Both the position numbers and the translations under genes were made by a program. The notes beneath the pieces are model-generated. The model was given only the letters and a program-made list of their open reading frames with translations. It was not told the DNA's origin and ran no database searches. DNA of 64,000 nucleotides from Podarcis tiliguerta (taxonomy: Eukaryota), in NCBI GenBank assembly GCA_965153285.1, contig OZ229117.1, one strand, 5' to 3'. This document shows positions 11,960-26,052 of the stretch, one piece after another. Numbering within the stretch: position 1 is the first letter of the stretch; each line of letters starts with the position of its first letter.

Positions 11960-14900
11960 TACAGGGATCTCCGGGGTATATTTGAAATGGGAAAGCCTTC
12001 AGAGTTGGGGGGAGCTGGATACAGCATACTAAACTAAGTGGGGGGTGCAGAGGAAGAAAACAAAAAAGAGAATTTGGAGACTAGAGAGGTGTACTTAAGG
12101 CTAGAAGCATCTCTCTGAGCATCTGATGGATCTGCTGCCTGTTTTAAGTGTGCCTAATGTTTGCATCCATTTATGCTCTACTTCTAAATTTGTGAATGAA
12201 GCAAATATTACCAATCAAAATGCACATCCAAAATAGTTACACAGAAACACAAGGGATGGTCATCCCAGCAAGTGAATAGCCAGTGCTATTTTTTCTAGAA
12301 AAATAAGTGCTGGAGCTCACCACAAACTTCTCTCTTGTTCTTAGAATGGCATTGGTGCCCACCTGAGAGGTGCTGGAGCTGAGCTGATGTGAGCTCTGGC
12401 TGAAAAAACCCACAATGAATAGAACTTAGTTTTACACACTCCAAAAGCGAACCTTTTCAAGTATAAGGGTGAATCATGTCTCCATTTTTAATTAAGGAAA
12501 AAAAGCTGTACAGGTGACCCTTTGAAAGATAATATTCACAAGCATCTTATTGACTGCATTTGGATGTCGCAATAAACTATGGCTTAGCATGATGGGAATG
12601 AGTCTAACTAAGCCTTTGACTCGTGCTACTCTTCTACTCTGATAGAGCCATGTAGAGGTGTATGGAAGTGCTCCCTTTCCTTTTTTATTAAGTACAGTTT
12701 GCTGTTTTGCCTGCCTTAACTATGGTTTGCCTCCAATTGTTTGACTTTACGGAGCACTCTTCCATTGTCTCTCGAGACAGACGGATGCCAACATGCTAAC
12801 ATCTGTATATGTCTGTATAGCTGTCAAGGATAACACTTCACATGTCTGTTGAACTGAGCCCTAGTCCATGAAAGACCATGTCTGTTGGTCTTTAATGTGC
12901 TACAAGACTCTTATTGCATTTAAATTTTAACTGTGTAGCATAACAGTTCTGTTAAATGAAATTGGTTGGTGTTTCCTCTTTCCCATTTAAAGGGGGGAAA
13001 GGCAAGGAAGGACCACCCATAAGAAAAAAAGAAGAAAATGTTTTTAAAAAACACTAATAAAGAATTATTTTTTAAAATAATTTCAAGCAGAAAATATATA
13101 GGATTTCAATTTTTAAAGCTATTTTCTGCTTGAGGCTATTACAATATTAATTATTCACTTGTGTGGTTTCCAACACTTTCTATGGTGTTTTTTCCTTTTT
13201 TGAAAAAAAAACCAAAACAGTTGATGCAGAATGGGAACAGGAAATTAAGTTTTGAATGTTTCCTTCATAAAAATAGGACCGTTTACTCAAGGTAACAGTC
13301 CACCTTCACCTCCAGAGCTTAAGGATATCTGATGGGATGAGTTCATTGGCCCTCTCAACTTGCCAATTGACTAGACATAGTTCTGTTTTCTTCCCGCTAC
13401 GTGTATAAATATACTATCATGGAAAGCTGATAAGAAACAATAGTCAGGAAGCCAAGTAAGAACTTGGTTGCCTCTCTTCAGAACAGACAAGTGGCAGAAA
13501 AATTCTGACACCACCCAGAGAAAACTACGTCCAGTGCACCTAGTGATTAAACACCATAATGATACTATTCATTCATGCATCTTATGAGGCTTAGTGAGAA
13601 GCACTCAACCCTGGCTTCAGGCAAAGTTTATTCTTGGCCTCTTTCTTCCACCTCTCTCATCTTCTCCTGCTATCTCTTTCTAGAATGAGAAGATAAGGTA
13701 GACCCACACAATTTAAGGAAATTGAATAAGGGTTGACCTTCTGTTCCTAGGTCCTTTCATCTTTGACCCATTTATCAGTTGAAAAGTAGAAAACGGAATA
13801 AGCGACGTATCTACAGGTGGAGGGATTGAGATTGTTAAGAATGCACAGAAAGGAGGAAGACAATCTGAGGTAGACCTCTTGCCACTTGGGTGAACATAGG
13901 TTACTTCCTGTTCATATTTCACAGCCCATGGTTTCTTCCTTCATCTTGACCTTCTCTTTTCCCATCCTGTTAATGTCTCAGTTTCTTACACTATTGGGAG
14001 TGGATTGTGTAACTTCTGGACAGGTCAGCCATCTCAGCCTGAGCGCTAACTACATGGATACCACTAATAAGAAGAAACGAATTCATCAAACGCACAACTC
14101 TCTTTATCTTCTCCTACCCCTCTCCATGGCACTGGGCTTTCTTCTGCTCTTGTTGTTCCTGCCCTTTCTTTCTTTGTCCTCTGATTTTTTCTTCCGCCCT
14201 TGTATAGATGGTTCTGTAACAAGGTAAGGATGGGAAGTTGACTTTTTCCAGGGCTTTGCTGACACTGCCTGAACAAAGTCTGTCTGTTGCTAGCAATTCA
14301 AAAGGGAGGAGAGAGAGAATGGCAAGTGTCAGATAAACGGGCATTCGCATGCACACAGGGCACAAAACTGTTCCCATTATTTACCTGCCCTGGCTCCTAG
14401 GTCAGTTGAAGGCAATGTGGAAAAATTATAAAGGGATGCACTTCTGGAATTTGAAAATGACTATCTGAAAGGTGAACGTGAACCCTGAAGGTCCTATTGT
14501 GCAACAGAAAGCAATAGATGCAACACCGGCCCTACCATTTGGGAGCATGAAGCAGCTTCCTGAGCCGGCAGGTGCAGACAGAGTTGTGAGTACCAATGGT
14601 CCATGGCCAATATCACAAGGAGTTCAGGCAAGGTACAACATGGCAAGACATGAAGACTAGACCTGGACATTAGAACCCAGAGTTATTGTGGCTTTCAACA
14701 ACTGGAAGGTTCAAAATCGAGGCCTCATATACTCAGGCCTCCTAAACTACACCCTAACCACAGCTGCTGGCCGTGAAGGAGTACCTTGCTCATGACAGTG
14801 ATGGGATTGCTTACTCATGAATAGACTGACAGCTCTGGGTTCACAAATGCATACTGTACCATTACTCTTTGGCTTGACGTAGAAGCTTTTGATACCTGTG

Positions 14901-16431
14901 CTCAGAAGGGCTGGGCATGGAGATGCTCCACCTCTTCCTGTGACAGTTCCAGGAATTCTTCATTGATAACAACCTAGAAGGCCCCTCAAAGGGATCCTCA
15001 GGATTGGATCCAGGGTGCCCTTTGACCAGTGGCGTATCTGGTTCATCCTGTGAGGACTCTTAAGTCTGGTACCAGGTCAGGGCTGGGCATGACATTTTAA
15101 TATGAAACTATAGTAGACTTGCAGCTTATGTGGTGTTTATGTTCTGGGGATGGCACATAAAGCCAAACTCACGTTTAATCAAAACTGACCCCACATGAGC
15201 AATCTTACCTTCCAGAGCTTTTAAGCTCTCTGCCTTGCCTACCAGGCTCTGGGAGGCTCCCATGTGATCAGAGCCTGGTGAGCTAAGCAGAGAGCTTAAA
15301 AGCTCTTTCTGTGCTGGGAAAACCAAGCGCTTAATTTGTACAATTTCAGCTGGCCAGTCACCAAGCGCATAAAGTTGAAATCGCAAAAATTAAATACACG
15401 TAAGTTGCACATCAACTGTAATTCACAATTCATTACACAACATGTGACATGAAACAGCACTATCCTTTGAAGTTCAGATTTTGCAGTGCATTTCTCCAAT
15501 CAAAAGATGTTTAGGAATGTGTGTGTACTGGAGGAAAATATGCACACAAATTCATATACTAGTGAAAATGCTAAAGTGCATTATCTTAGCATAAATTGCT
15601 ATCATAAATATGTGTGTATTAGGCAAAAATTGTGTATGGAAATCCGTATCAGGAGAAATGCACAGAATATACTGATGAATTTTCATGATGACTTTTTTTT
15701 CCAATTAAAGCAAACTGATGCAGAAATGTGCCAAACTCTTCTTAAGACTGGAAAAATGAAAAAATTAAATTGACGGATTTGAGTCCTTATTTCTGTAGCT
15801 TGTCATTCCACCAACTGACCTCCCCCAATGAGGGCAAAACAGCACTTGCAGAGTTTTCAAAATCTCTTTAGACAACCTCCTGGGAAGGTTAGTATTGCAG
15901 CATCAATCATAGCCCTCTTCAAATTTCCAAACCATTTTTCTAATTATTTTGTTATCTTATTTTTCTCCCCCTTTTTTTTTTGCTGTTTCTGAGTTAATCT
16001 GATTTCCGCCCTTTTTCCTCTATTATCAGAGCCAAGTTTCCCTTAATTAATTTTCTTCTTTCTTTTGTACCCCTACCTACATGGTATTAAATTTTATAGG
16101 GATTTACAAGAGATACAATTTCAAACTCTAATACAACAAATTAAATATTTACCCAAACAATGAAGATTTAATTGCCTTCAAAGCATGTCAGATATATTTA
16201 TTCATCAGCAAATTAGAAATAAATTTCATATTAAAATACAGGGGTTTATAAGTAGATTTAAAAGCAGTATAAATATTAGCAAATTGTTCCGGACATTAGA
16301 AATGAATAATATTGTTTTTTATCTTAAAGTCCAATTCTTACTACGTGCCACAACCCTGGCCTAGGCCTTAAACTCAGAAGAGGAACCTGGGAAGATTAAG
16401 TCTCCACCTGCACTCTACATTTAAATCAATA

Positions 16432-16657
16432 CAGTGGTACCTTGGGTTAAGAACTTAATTCGTTCCAGAGGTCCGTTCTTAACCTGAAACTGTGCTTAAC
16501 CTGAAGCACCACTTTAGCTAATGGGGCCTCCCGCTGCCGCCACCACACCACCGCCACACAATTTCTGTTCTTAACCTGAGGTACTATTTCTGGGTTAGCT
16601 TCGTCTGTAACCTGAAGCGTCTGTAACCTAAAGCGTATGCAACTCAAGGTACCACTG
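16432..16657. mobile_element. Tc1/mariner MITE, family A
   Basis: TA|CAGTGGTACCTT...AAGGTACCACTG|TA. Confidence 0.9.
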
Positions 16658-18422
16658 TATTATACCTCCTTTGTGGGATCCTGGTTATTGCAGTTTATTA
16701 AGGGTGCTGAGAGTTGTTAGGAGAGCCCTGTTCTCCTCGCAGAGCTAGAGTTCTCAGGGTGGTTTAACTATCGATCCCTCATTGCAGGTAACTCTGGAAA
16801 TTGCAGCTCTGTGAGGAGAATAGGGATCTCCTAACAGAGTTATCAGAATTCTTTGGGGGGGGGGTGGAGCCATAACTATTTAAAGTGATGTGATACTGCT
16901 TTAAAATGCATAGTGGAGATAGAGCTCAAGTCTGCCTTGCTACTCACTGGGGAAATGGACCAGGCTCCTGATACTGAACCTAAGGCTGGTGATTGAGACT
17001 GTGCAGAACTGGAACCAGGACCATCACAAGCACCTTCCCCTGCACCCAAGGATCTGAGTCGTCTTGTACTTCTCTTCCTGTCCGAAAGCATCAACACGAT
17101 AGCACTGGGAGAATGTTAGCTAGAGCCAAAAACCTACAAAAGACAGAGCATTGCCCCCGTGGCCTAACACGGACAGCAACGGAGGTGTTTAGATTTGTTC
17201 AGGTTGGGGCAGGTGGCCAGGATTCCTCCTGTGACTTTCTGTCTCAGTAAGGGCAAGACATACACCAGCCCAGTTCACACATAACAGTGAGTCAGTCTCC
17301 TACAATGCAAACAATGCAGTGAGCCTTAAGAGCATGTGCCCCCCTTCTCATTATCTTTCGTGTGCCAGAGGAGATTGGAATCTTCCCGGTTCTGTTTTAA
17401 ACAAGGCACAGCTGCTTGTTACATCTCAGGTCAGGGAACTGTGATTTAGTTAAATTTAGCCCAAAGGTGGGGAATCAGTGGCCCTCCAGATGTTGCTGGA
17501 CTCCATGCCCTAGCCAGAATGGCTGAGGATTATGAGAGCTGTAATCCAAAAATATCTGAAGGACCACAGGTTCTCCAGCCCCAGACTTAAGCTCTAATTC
17601 TCCAGCTGTTGAGGAGCTACAACTCCCATCATCCCTGACCTTTGGCCATGCTCAAAGAGGCTGATGGGAATTGGAGTCCATCAAATCTGGAGGGCACCAT
17701 GTTGTCTAGCTTTGCTGTAGCTGGTGATAGCACATCAGGATCCAGCTCTGATTCCTGACCATGTTTGCATTCTGGGTTTTTTTAACTAATTTCTGAGTCA
17801 TGACTGAGCAGGGATTTGAACTTAAGGGAATCTCAGTCTCACCCATTCTCTCACAGGCATAGCAAACCCTAATGACCTTTGATATTCCTTCCCCTCCTAC
17901 AGTTCATCTGCCATATTTGTCAGCTATATTAATTATGCCAGTCTGGGAGCTTCCTAGCAAATCCTGCCACTTGGACGTCAGTAGTTCAGTAATAATGATG
18001 ACTGACAGCAAGCAGTTCCACTTCACACAGGCGGCCAAGTTCTCGTAAGCTTCATTTGACAAGAAAGCTGTTAAACAAATCAAAGGCCTTTATAACACCC
18101 TCCCCCCAATGTTCTAAACATCCACCCACCACACATTTATTAAGAATTCACTGCCATGCCATCATTGGATATTCAGGTGAGAATTTAAGTGAACACCCTG
18201 AGAGCCTTGACAGTAATTCAGTATTAGTTAAGCATTATTTGACAGCTGTACAAAGCAAAACCATTATCTGTTATATATTCTGCCAGGACCTGCCTTTAAA
18301 AAAACACACCAAAAACACCCAAGACCAGACTATTGTCATTCTCACCCACTGAACTGCATCTTAGCGGGCGATCCAGGCTAGGAGCTGCCAAGAAAACAAT
18401 TGGTGTCAATTATTCTAGTGTT

Positions 18423-18775
18423 AAGGGACGCGGGTGGTGCTGTGGGTTAAACCACAGAGCCTAGGACTTGCCGATCAGAAGGTCAGCGGTTCGAATCCCT
18501 GTGATGGGGTGAGCTCCCGTTGCTCCGTCCCAGCTCCTGCCAACCTAGCAGTTCAAAAGCACTTCAAAGTGCAAGTAGATAAATAGGTACCGCTCCAGTG
18601 GGAAGGTAAACAGCGTTTACCTTCCGCTGCTCTGGTTCGCCAGAAGCGGCTTAGTCATGCTGGCCACATGACCCAGAAGCTGTACACCGGCTCCCTTGGC
18701 CAATAAAGCAAGATGAGCGCCGCAACCCCAGAGTCAGCCACGACTGGACCTAATGGTCAGGGGTCCCTTTACCTT
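18423..18775 (+). mobile_element. Full-length Sauria-type SINE
   Basis: tRNA-derived head with A box (TGGTGCTGTGG) and B box (GGTTCGAATCC), BovB-like 3' part and ACCTTT tail. The ~13-bp TSD is TTATTCTAGTGTT / TTATTCTTGTGTT. Confidence 0.9.
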
Positions 18776-19689
18776 TTATTCTTGTGTTGTTCTTTCTTCA
18801 GAATTTAGGGGTTCAAACTTCCATGCTAACTGTGGGGGGCGGGGGAGAGAATTGCTTGTGTACATGTTTGTTTCCATTGGCCTCTTGGCTTGAATTGTCC
18901 ACTCTCTCCTCCTCTCTTATCATGTATTTATATTTTCAGAACATAACTCAGTCCAGAGCTAAAATATAATCATATACAAAGTTGTCAGGTATTATTGGCT
19001 TTAGTAATGCATTATCAGTGGTTTTGTTGTTGTTGTTTCTTCTAGATGGATGTTGTAGAGATAGGTGTATTACATTCAGTCCACTTACAACCCTAGATTG
19101 CAAATCCTTGCTTATTCTCCTTAAACTTACTCTTTCTTCCTTTCTTACTTACCTCTTTAATACACCACCTTTTCATCAAATGAGCTCAAGGACCCGTACA
19201 CATTACGCCCCCTCCTCATTTTATCCTCACAACAAACCTGAGAAGCTGGTTAGGCTGAGAGGCAAGTCATCCAGACAGCATCATGTCTGAGTGGGGATTT
19301 GAACCACCATCTCCCCCAGGTTCAATACTCTATCCATTAAACCACACTGGCTCACTGGTTGTCGCTTGACTTGCCGGCGTACAAAATAGAGTTGTGCCAG
19401 TCCACAGGGAATCTGTATGTTTCTTTCCTTTTAAGAATGCAATGATTGAGGGAGGTTTTTTGTTAAGTGTGATTTGCAACACTTTGGCACCATCTTGCTT
19501 TGTGACTAGGCGACCATGGGTGGAACAGAGTTGCCTGTGCTACTCTAGAAAACAGTAAGGCTGGGAGTGGGCAGTGGTGGCTGGTGCCCTGTGTGTGCGC
19601 TTTCTAATATTGCCATTGAAATATGTGTAATAGATTTTCCCATCGCAGTAGAATTTGTGTACTAAAGTAAAACAACACACAGCAGCATT

Positions 19690-19769
19690 AAGAGATTCCT
19701 GCATTGCAGGGGGTTGGACTAGATGACCCTCATGGTTCCTTCCAACTCTACAATTCTATGATTCTATGT
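19690..19769 (+). mobile_element. CR1 LINE 3' end
   Basis: GGGTTGGACTAGATGACC...CCTTCCAACTCTACAATTCTATGATTCTATG, the CR1 terminal motif with (ATTCTRTG)n tail. Confidence 0.88.
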
Positions 19770-22600
19770 ATGTAATAAATTTATGAAATTCAGCTGCTCC
19801 CCACTCAACCCAAAGTTTCTTTACTTTGTGGTGCAGTTTTGGGCACCACAAAATTTTAGAAATGGGGAAAAAATGCCTTTAATAAACCTTTCTCCAGCTT
19901 GCTTGCTCCTTTTTGTTTACTTTTACACACAAACTCAGTGGAACAAGAAAATCAATTAGGCAAAATTAGCTTGCACAGCTAAGCCATAACCGTTTATTGA
20001 ACGGTTATGCTCAGAGACCTGAGTTCAGGGGATGACCTTGAAATTCCCAGTCTGTTGGCTAGTGGAAAGCCAGATAATTTTGGAGTTTAATGTGTTTGAT
20101 TTCCAGGAGGATTAAAACACAAAGTATTTTCAGATCATTTCCTAGGAGTGTATAACAGTACTGCATGAATGCAGTTCTTAAAGAGGCCGCAACGCCTTTG
20201 GACTAGTTAATACTAGAGATGGTGGGGAAATTCTGTTTGGTTTGGTTTTTAACGTGAACCTACCTAATTCACACTTCCTGAAACAATACACAAACCAAAA
20301 ACACAGCTATCCTTCAAAATCAGCACTTCTCTGAATTTTGTGATGCAGCTCCCCCCTTTAAAAAATGCACAAAAAATTGTATATTAGAGGAAAACGTACA
20401 TAAAAATAATTCATAAAATAAACTCTATTAATTAAAAGTCATTGCAAAAAGTAATATATAGGGCAGAAGTGAATGCAAAAATGTTGCATATTAGGAGAAA
20501 TTTGCACTAAATTGCTGACAAATTTTCAAAAGGACTTACAAAAAACCAGATTCATAAACTGCTGCAGAAATGTGGAGAACTAAACTCAAGGGTGGGAAAA
20601 TTATAAACTGGTTGTGTCATTGGACTCTGATCATTCCTCTTGCTTGTCTCAATGGAGGCTAGAGAGTGATATGTAGAAACTAGCTTACTGTAGAAAAGTA
20701 AAATTTACAAGTGTTGTTTCACCCAGTTTTTCTTCTGCCTCCACCCACCACTGGTATATGGCTCTTGGAAGGTTGCTCATAAGGAAATGTGGCCCTCCGG
20801 ATAAAGTGGTGCCTCCACCCCTGAGCTAGGCTCTGCTTGTATATTTATGAATAAATAAAATGCTGTAAAAGACCGGTGTGTCTCCCATGAAGGAAGCCAA
20901 CTCCTGCTGAGTGCTAGTTCTAGAATTTGCAGGAAAATGGGAAGACGTAACAGCATATAACTATTATGCAACTGATTGTTTAATTATATTGCTTGATTAG
21001 GGACGAGAGAGAAATCTGGTTCCATCTGCATTTTAATGCAAACCTACTTCATTCATGCTTCCCAAAACTATATGTGAACTAAATCACAACTTATCCTTCA
21101 GATACCTATAAGTTCTGCAGCATCAATTACCATCCCCTTTCTGCATTATGCTCAAAACCCATGCCTGTGAGCTGTGTGTGGCATGAGGAGACTTGAAGCA
21201 CTGTCTTCAGAAAGGCCTGGCTATTTGTAACAGTGGGGTCTGGACAGGAACTCATTGAGTAGAGGTGCTGCATTGTCCATTGATGTGTTTTGTTGGGAGG
21301 AGACATGAGGCCATCCTGGGTGGGGGTATGCCCCTATTACTGTGAGTTCATTGGCTCCCTCCGTCTGTAGGTGGCATGTGGATGTTGTCACCACACCACA
21401 ACAGCCCCTGAAATTTGCCTTGATCTGAATATTGCTTCTCCCATCAATGATTGCAAAAAAAAATGCATATAGCAGTATGCATAAAAATGAAGGTATTATT
21501 GAAAGCAATGTGCAAAAAAATGCATTAAAGGAGGGGAAATTGCTTGCAAAAATATGCATGTTGGTTAAAACTGCATTTAAAAACGTGTTTGTTTAGGAGC
21601 AATAATGAATTTTCACAAGGAGTTTATTTAAAAAGAAAAAAGGAAAGGAAATTGATGCAAAATGTGGAAAACTAAATTTAAGACTGGAAAAATAATAAAA
21701 TGAGAGAACTAAAATGGACATATCATTCCATCCCTATTCTGATGGGAGTCAGATGTCCAGCAACAGCTGGCTGTCTCTGCTGGATAGACTTGGGCTGTTG
21801 CACTAGCATCATGGTGGCACAATTCTCTCACCCCCTGTAAGATTGCTCATCTGGTGGCAGCATTTTTGCCATCGTCAACCATTGGGTTAAATTCACCCAC
21901 AGCCATTCACCCCCCACCCCAAGTTATCGCTCCATGAAATAACAACATCCTCTCATCCTAGAAAGAAGATTTCCGGGAACCACAATTTCCTCCTTACCGC
22001 CATAGCTTAGTGATGTTTTCATGTGGCTCAATTTGCAGCTACAAATGGATGAGGAACTTACACTTGGGATGGGTACGAGTTTTTCTTGTACCGAGACACC
22101 GTAATCGCTTGCATCCCAGCGATGCCTCAAATTGTCTAAGTGATGGCGTCTCCGCCAGGCAGATGCTTTGAAGCATAGCAGAAGGTGATTCTAGTAAGAT
22201 CTTAGCAGGCTTTGGTCTAGGAAAGAGAGGTTTCCAAGGGCAGCCTAAGAGGAGACAGAGTAAGTTATAATGAAGGAACTCCTGCTCTGGAGGGAAGGAG
22301 TATTCTGGGAGAAGTGATCCCCGCTGAATACAGAAGGAGTTTCAGACAGCTGTGAGTGCTGAACGAGAGAACTGATGGTCGTCTCTTCCATGACCACAGG
22401 GTCGTCTCGAAGGAAGATGTCGCTCATGGACAACCCGACTCTAAATGAGGCTCTCTCTGCAACAGCTGCAAGATGCCCCCAAAGAAGGGTTCAACTTCTC
22501 AAAACTCAAAAAGTGATATTTTCCATTCCCCTTTTCTCACCCACTCCTGCTTAGATTTTCATTAAAGAGGAAAACAGACAGGAGACAGCTTCTTTTCTCC

Positions 22601-22738
22601 TTTTTATATATTTTCTCCAGCAGCACTTGCCTATCAGCAGCCCCACCCAGGGCTGGCAAATGCAACTGCGTTTGTGTCTTAACTACAGACTTCTGATAAC
22701 TTTTGGCTAGTGATATTCAGCCCGTTAATTAATCCAAT
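22601..22738 (-). promoter_or_regulatory. Candidate minus-strand core promoter (TATA, CACCC, CCAAT)
   Basis: TATATAAAAA on the minus strand at 22610-22601, CCCCACCC at 22641-22648 and CCAAT at 22734-22738. Downstream is a CpG-enriched segment ending in donor AAGT|GTAAGT at 22062. Confidence 0.4.
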
Positions 22739-22964
22739 GACCGTGATGCTGTCCTGCAGGCATTAGGAAATGTTTTCATAGGGAAGTCCTAACATTTAAT
22801 TGTGTCAGCTTTTAGGGAAACTCAAAATGCTCCTTAAAATAGTGGTCATTTTTAAAAAATAAATAAATTGGGTCTTCCATTTGCATTTACAGTATCACCT
22901 GCAAGTTTCCACAGGAACATAGAAATCTGACTTATACTGAGTCAGGCCATTGGTCCATCTAGTT

Positions 22965-23195
22965 TAGGGGTCAGCAAGGTTTATCTTGCCTGGGCTGGAT
23001 CAGTCCTGTGGAGATCCCTCTGTGGGCCGTATCATGTGCATGTGTGAGCACACATGCCCGCAATTTTCAGTGTCTGTGCATGCCGGTTTAGTGCAACACG
23101 CAAGGAGGCAGCTCGGTTTGGGGGAGGCTCGGGGGCCGGTCAAACAACCTCTGTGGGCCAGTTCCGGCCCAGGGGCCTTAGGTTACTGACCCCTG
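22965..23195. mobile_element. hAT MITE nested in an older SINE-like repeat
   Basis: TIRs TAGGGGTCAGCAA...TTACTGACCCCTG; 8-bp TSD ATCTAGTT / ATCTAGCT. The host repeat (..GAGTCAGGCCATTGGTCCATCTAG|CTCAG..) is split by it. A partial relative lies at ~62110-62210. Confidence 0.8.
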
Positions 23196-25403
23196 ATCTA
23201 GCTCAGCACTGTCCACACAAACTGGTAGCATCTCTCCAAGCTTACAGCCTGGGGCTTCTCCCAGCCCTACATGAAGATGCTGGAGATTAAACAAGGACCA
23301 TTGAGCTGTGGTCCATTCCCACGACGACATCACACTAAACCAGGAGGGGGAGCCTGCGACCCTTCATATGCTGCTGGAGGACAGGTCCTACATGTAGGTT
23401 GTGTGGAAGGATCTGACACCAGTCTCTCTTCCCCCTCCCTGCATCTCCATGAGTTTCCTCAAAAGTTCATACAGCCCCTGTGTGTTTTCTTTGAGGTCAC
23501 CAACCCCATATGCAAACTGTAAACACTTAGGGAACATAAAATCAAGTGAGTGTGTGTAGAAGAGAGTTTGCTGCTGACACCCAGGGTCAGGTCACCCATG
23601 AAGTGGCCTGAGGTAGCCACCTCAGGTGACAGAATCCCATGGGGAGGCAACCCCTTGGGCATCCCCACTGGCCCCAGACGCCGCCGGAGAAGCAGTGGAG
23701 ATTTCTGGTGAGATCTCGCAGGAGTTTTGCAAGATCTTTCCAGAACAGCTGCCATGCTACTCTAGTAAGTGAGGGGCAGGAGAGGCACTTTCCTGTTTTG
23801 CCTCAGGCAGTGAAATGGGATGGACCAGCCCTGCTGCCAATCCTTCCCATGTTTACTTCGTGTGTTATGATTCATGTGAGCAGCCTCCCTCAACAGGGCT
23901 AAGGACATCAATTACTTGTCTTAGAATAACCTCGTTCAGCATGAGCAGTTTCCCAATACGGGCACATAGGGGTAAATCTCCTAAGAGGAAAAAATCCTAT
24001 TTTGCCATGGAAGGAGGCAAGTCTATGATGGGAATAGCCAAAGAGTGGCTGGTTCCATCTGAACTGATGAAGATCCCTTGGTGTCTCCTTCTTCTTTGGA
24101 AGCACACAGGTGGAACAGCTGCTGATAGTGGCAGTTCTGGGATGGGGGGTGTTAAATGGTAGTTGCAGGTGTTTGGTATGGTCAGCATGTTTGCTTGTTC
24201 TTTTTGGTATTGCTCCTTTTAAATGTGGTTTTAAGGTGGTCCATTGATATCAGTAAGATTCATACAACGTGTTTGTGCAGTGATCATGTCCATGCGGAAC
24301 AGCAGCATCATGAAATACAGAGGGCATCCAATTCCAGTTGGCAGTTCCAAGGATGTCCCGCACCACCACTCCACACAAAGTCCCTAACAAACTACAGTAA
24401 GCCCGCAACTTATGAGGAGATTATGTTCTGGGGATCACGCCTAAAGCCAAAATCGTGTATAGTCAAAGCCCATTGAGTTCAATGGCAGATGGGATTGCCA
24501 AAGTCATTTTTCCTAGAACCTCATCCCCTTTTCACCCCTTTTAAGTTGTTGTTGTTGTTTGTTGTTTTGCCAGGTGCATAAAGCGGACTGCACACAAGTT
24601 TAAATGAACACAAGTTGCAGCTGTAACTGAACTGTAAGCCCTTTATTTGTCTAAATTCTAGAATATTACACTTGCAATCTACTTGGGAGTAACTTTCATT
24701 GAACTCAATGTTTTCTTCTTGAGTAAACATGTGTAGAGCATTAATACTGTCAATGTGCTCTTTTTCAAAATTTCAGGCTGGTACTCAAAATGGATTTATT
24801 TCCTCCTAATGTCTAAATGGATTATTTATGAAATACCTTTTCAGATTGCATATCTGTACACAACAGAAGGGAGGGTGTAAACTGCTTTGTCCATTTTTAT
24901 TCTATCTTCTATTTAAAAACAAAAAACCTCAATATATTGAAGAGATGTGTGCTTGTGTGTTTCAGGGTTAAATTTTGGAACAAATCTGCATCTGAATAGC
25001 CTATTTAATTCTCTCTTATGTCCTCATGATGCACACTGAGTCATCCCAAAGCATCCTCCTCCTTCATGTGAGGATTTGTGCAACATATCTAAGACCCCGG
25101 GGAAATAAAGCAGTAAGATCAGGGTGAATCTATGACAGGTTCCCAGGAGCAGATGCAATGCAAAACTGCTAAAAGGCTCTGCCTGAGGCCATCTGCAATG
25201 CACAACTCCTACAACATCTAAGCCCATTTGGCAGGAAGCAACTGGAAGCCTATAAACAAGTGAGAGTTTTAATTGACCACCATCTGAATGAAGTGAGCTT
25301 CTTAAAAATGCACCTTGGCCATAGTTAGGAATGAAGAAAACTGTCTTCTACTGAGTCCTTAAGCAGGATGTGGACAGACTGGAATGTGCCCAGGGAAGGA
25401 TGA

Positions 25404-26052
25404 TGTCACGGACTGGCTGGACACAGAGGAATGGTGGGAGGAACCAGCTGGGGAAGAAGGCTCAGAGCCCAGGGATTGTGGTACGACAATAAGTGGTCAG
25501 AGGAAGAAGAGGGAAAAGATCCTGTCAGGTGTCAAAAAAAATAAACAACTGACTTTTAGAAGACATCTGAAGGCAGCCCTGTGTAGGGAGGTTTTTAATG
25601 TTAGGTGTTTTACTGTGCTTAATGTGTTTAATTTGTTGGAAGCCACTCAGAGTGGCTGAGGCAACCCAGTCAGATAGGAGGCATATAAATAAATCATTAT
25701 CATTGGAGGAGGTGTTGGAAGCTGAAGAGGTAACAGGGTTTGGTGAGCAGGGAGAGTCTGTGGCAGAGATAAGTCTAGCATCAGAATCAGAGGCAGAAGT
25801 AGAAGACAGCTCAAGAGGCAGAGTTGGCTCAGGCTGGTGAAGAAGCCAGGTTTCTCCCCTGCATAGTTTCACTTTGCCGGGGAGGAAATTTAGTCAGCTG
25901 TGGACCTTCAGCCTCCACAACTGCCTCATAGAGGCAAGACCAACCAAGAGGAGTTGCAGTACTCATTAGGCCTGGCACTCCTGAGCCAGCCATGCTTCTT
26001 CTAATAAAGAGTTAACTTCACTCACCCTGTGTTGCTAACTGGCTCCCTGACA
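25404..26052 (+). mobile_element. Solo LTR-like element with a nested L2-type 3' tail (~25525-25700)
   Basis: TGTCA...TGACA termini, internal AATAAA near the 3' end, and a 5-bp near-TSD GATGA/GGTGA. The inserted tail resembles those at ~50410-50500 and ~58080-58190. Confidence 0.6.

Noticed and set aside
18423-18500. tRNA gene
   Set aside because: The A and B boxes belong to a SINE head with body, tail and TSD; there is no cloverleaf.
23880-24390. Coding-looking unique sequence with several short ORFs on both strands
   Set aside because: All three minus-strand frames following the acceptor-like site are interrupted, and I could not assign consistent splice sites or homology on either strand.
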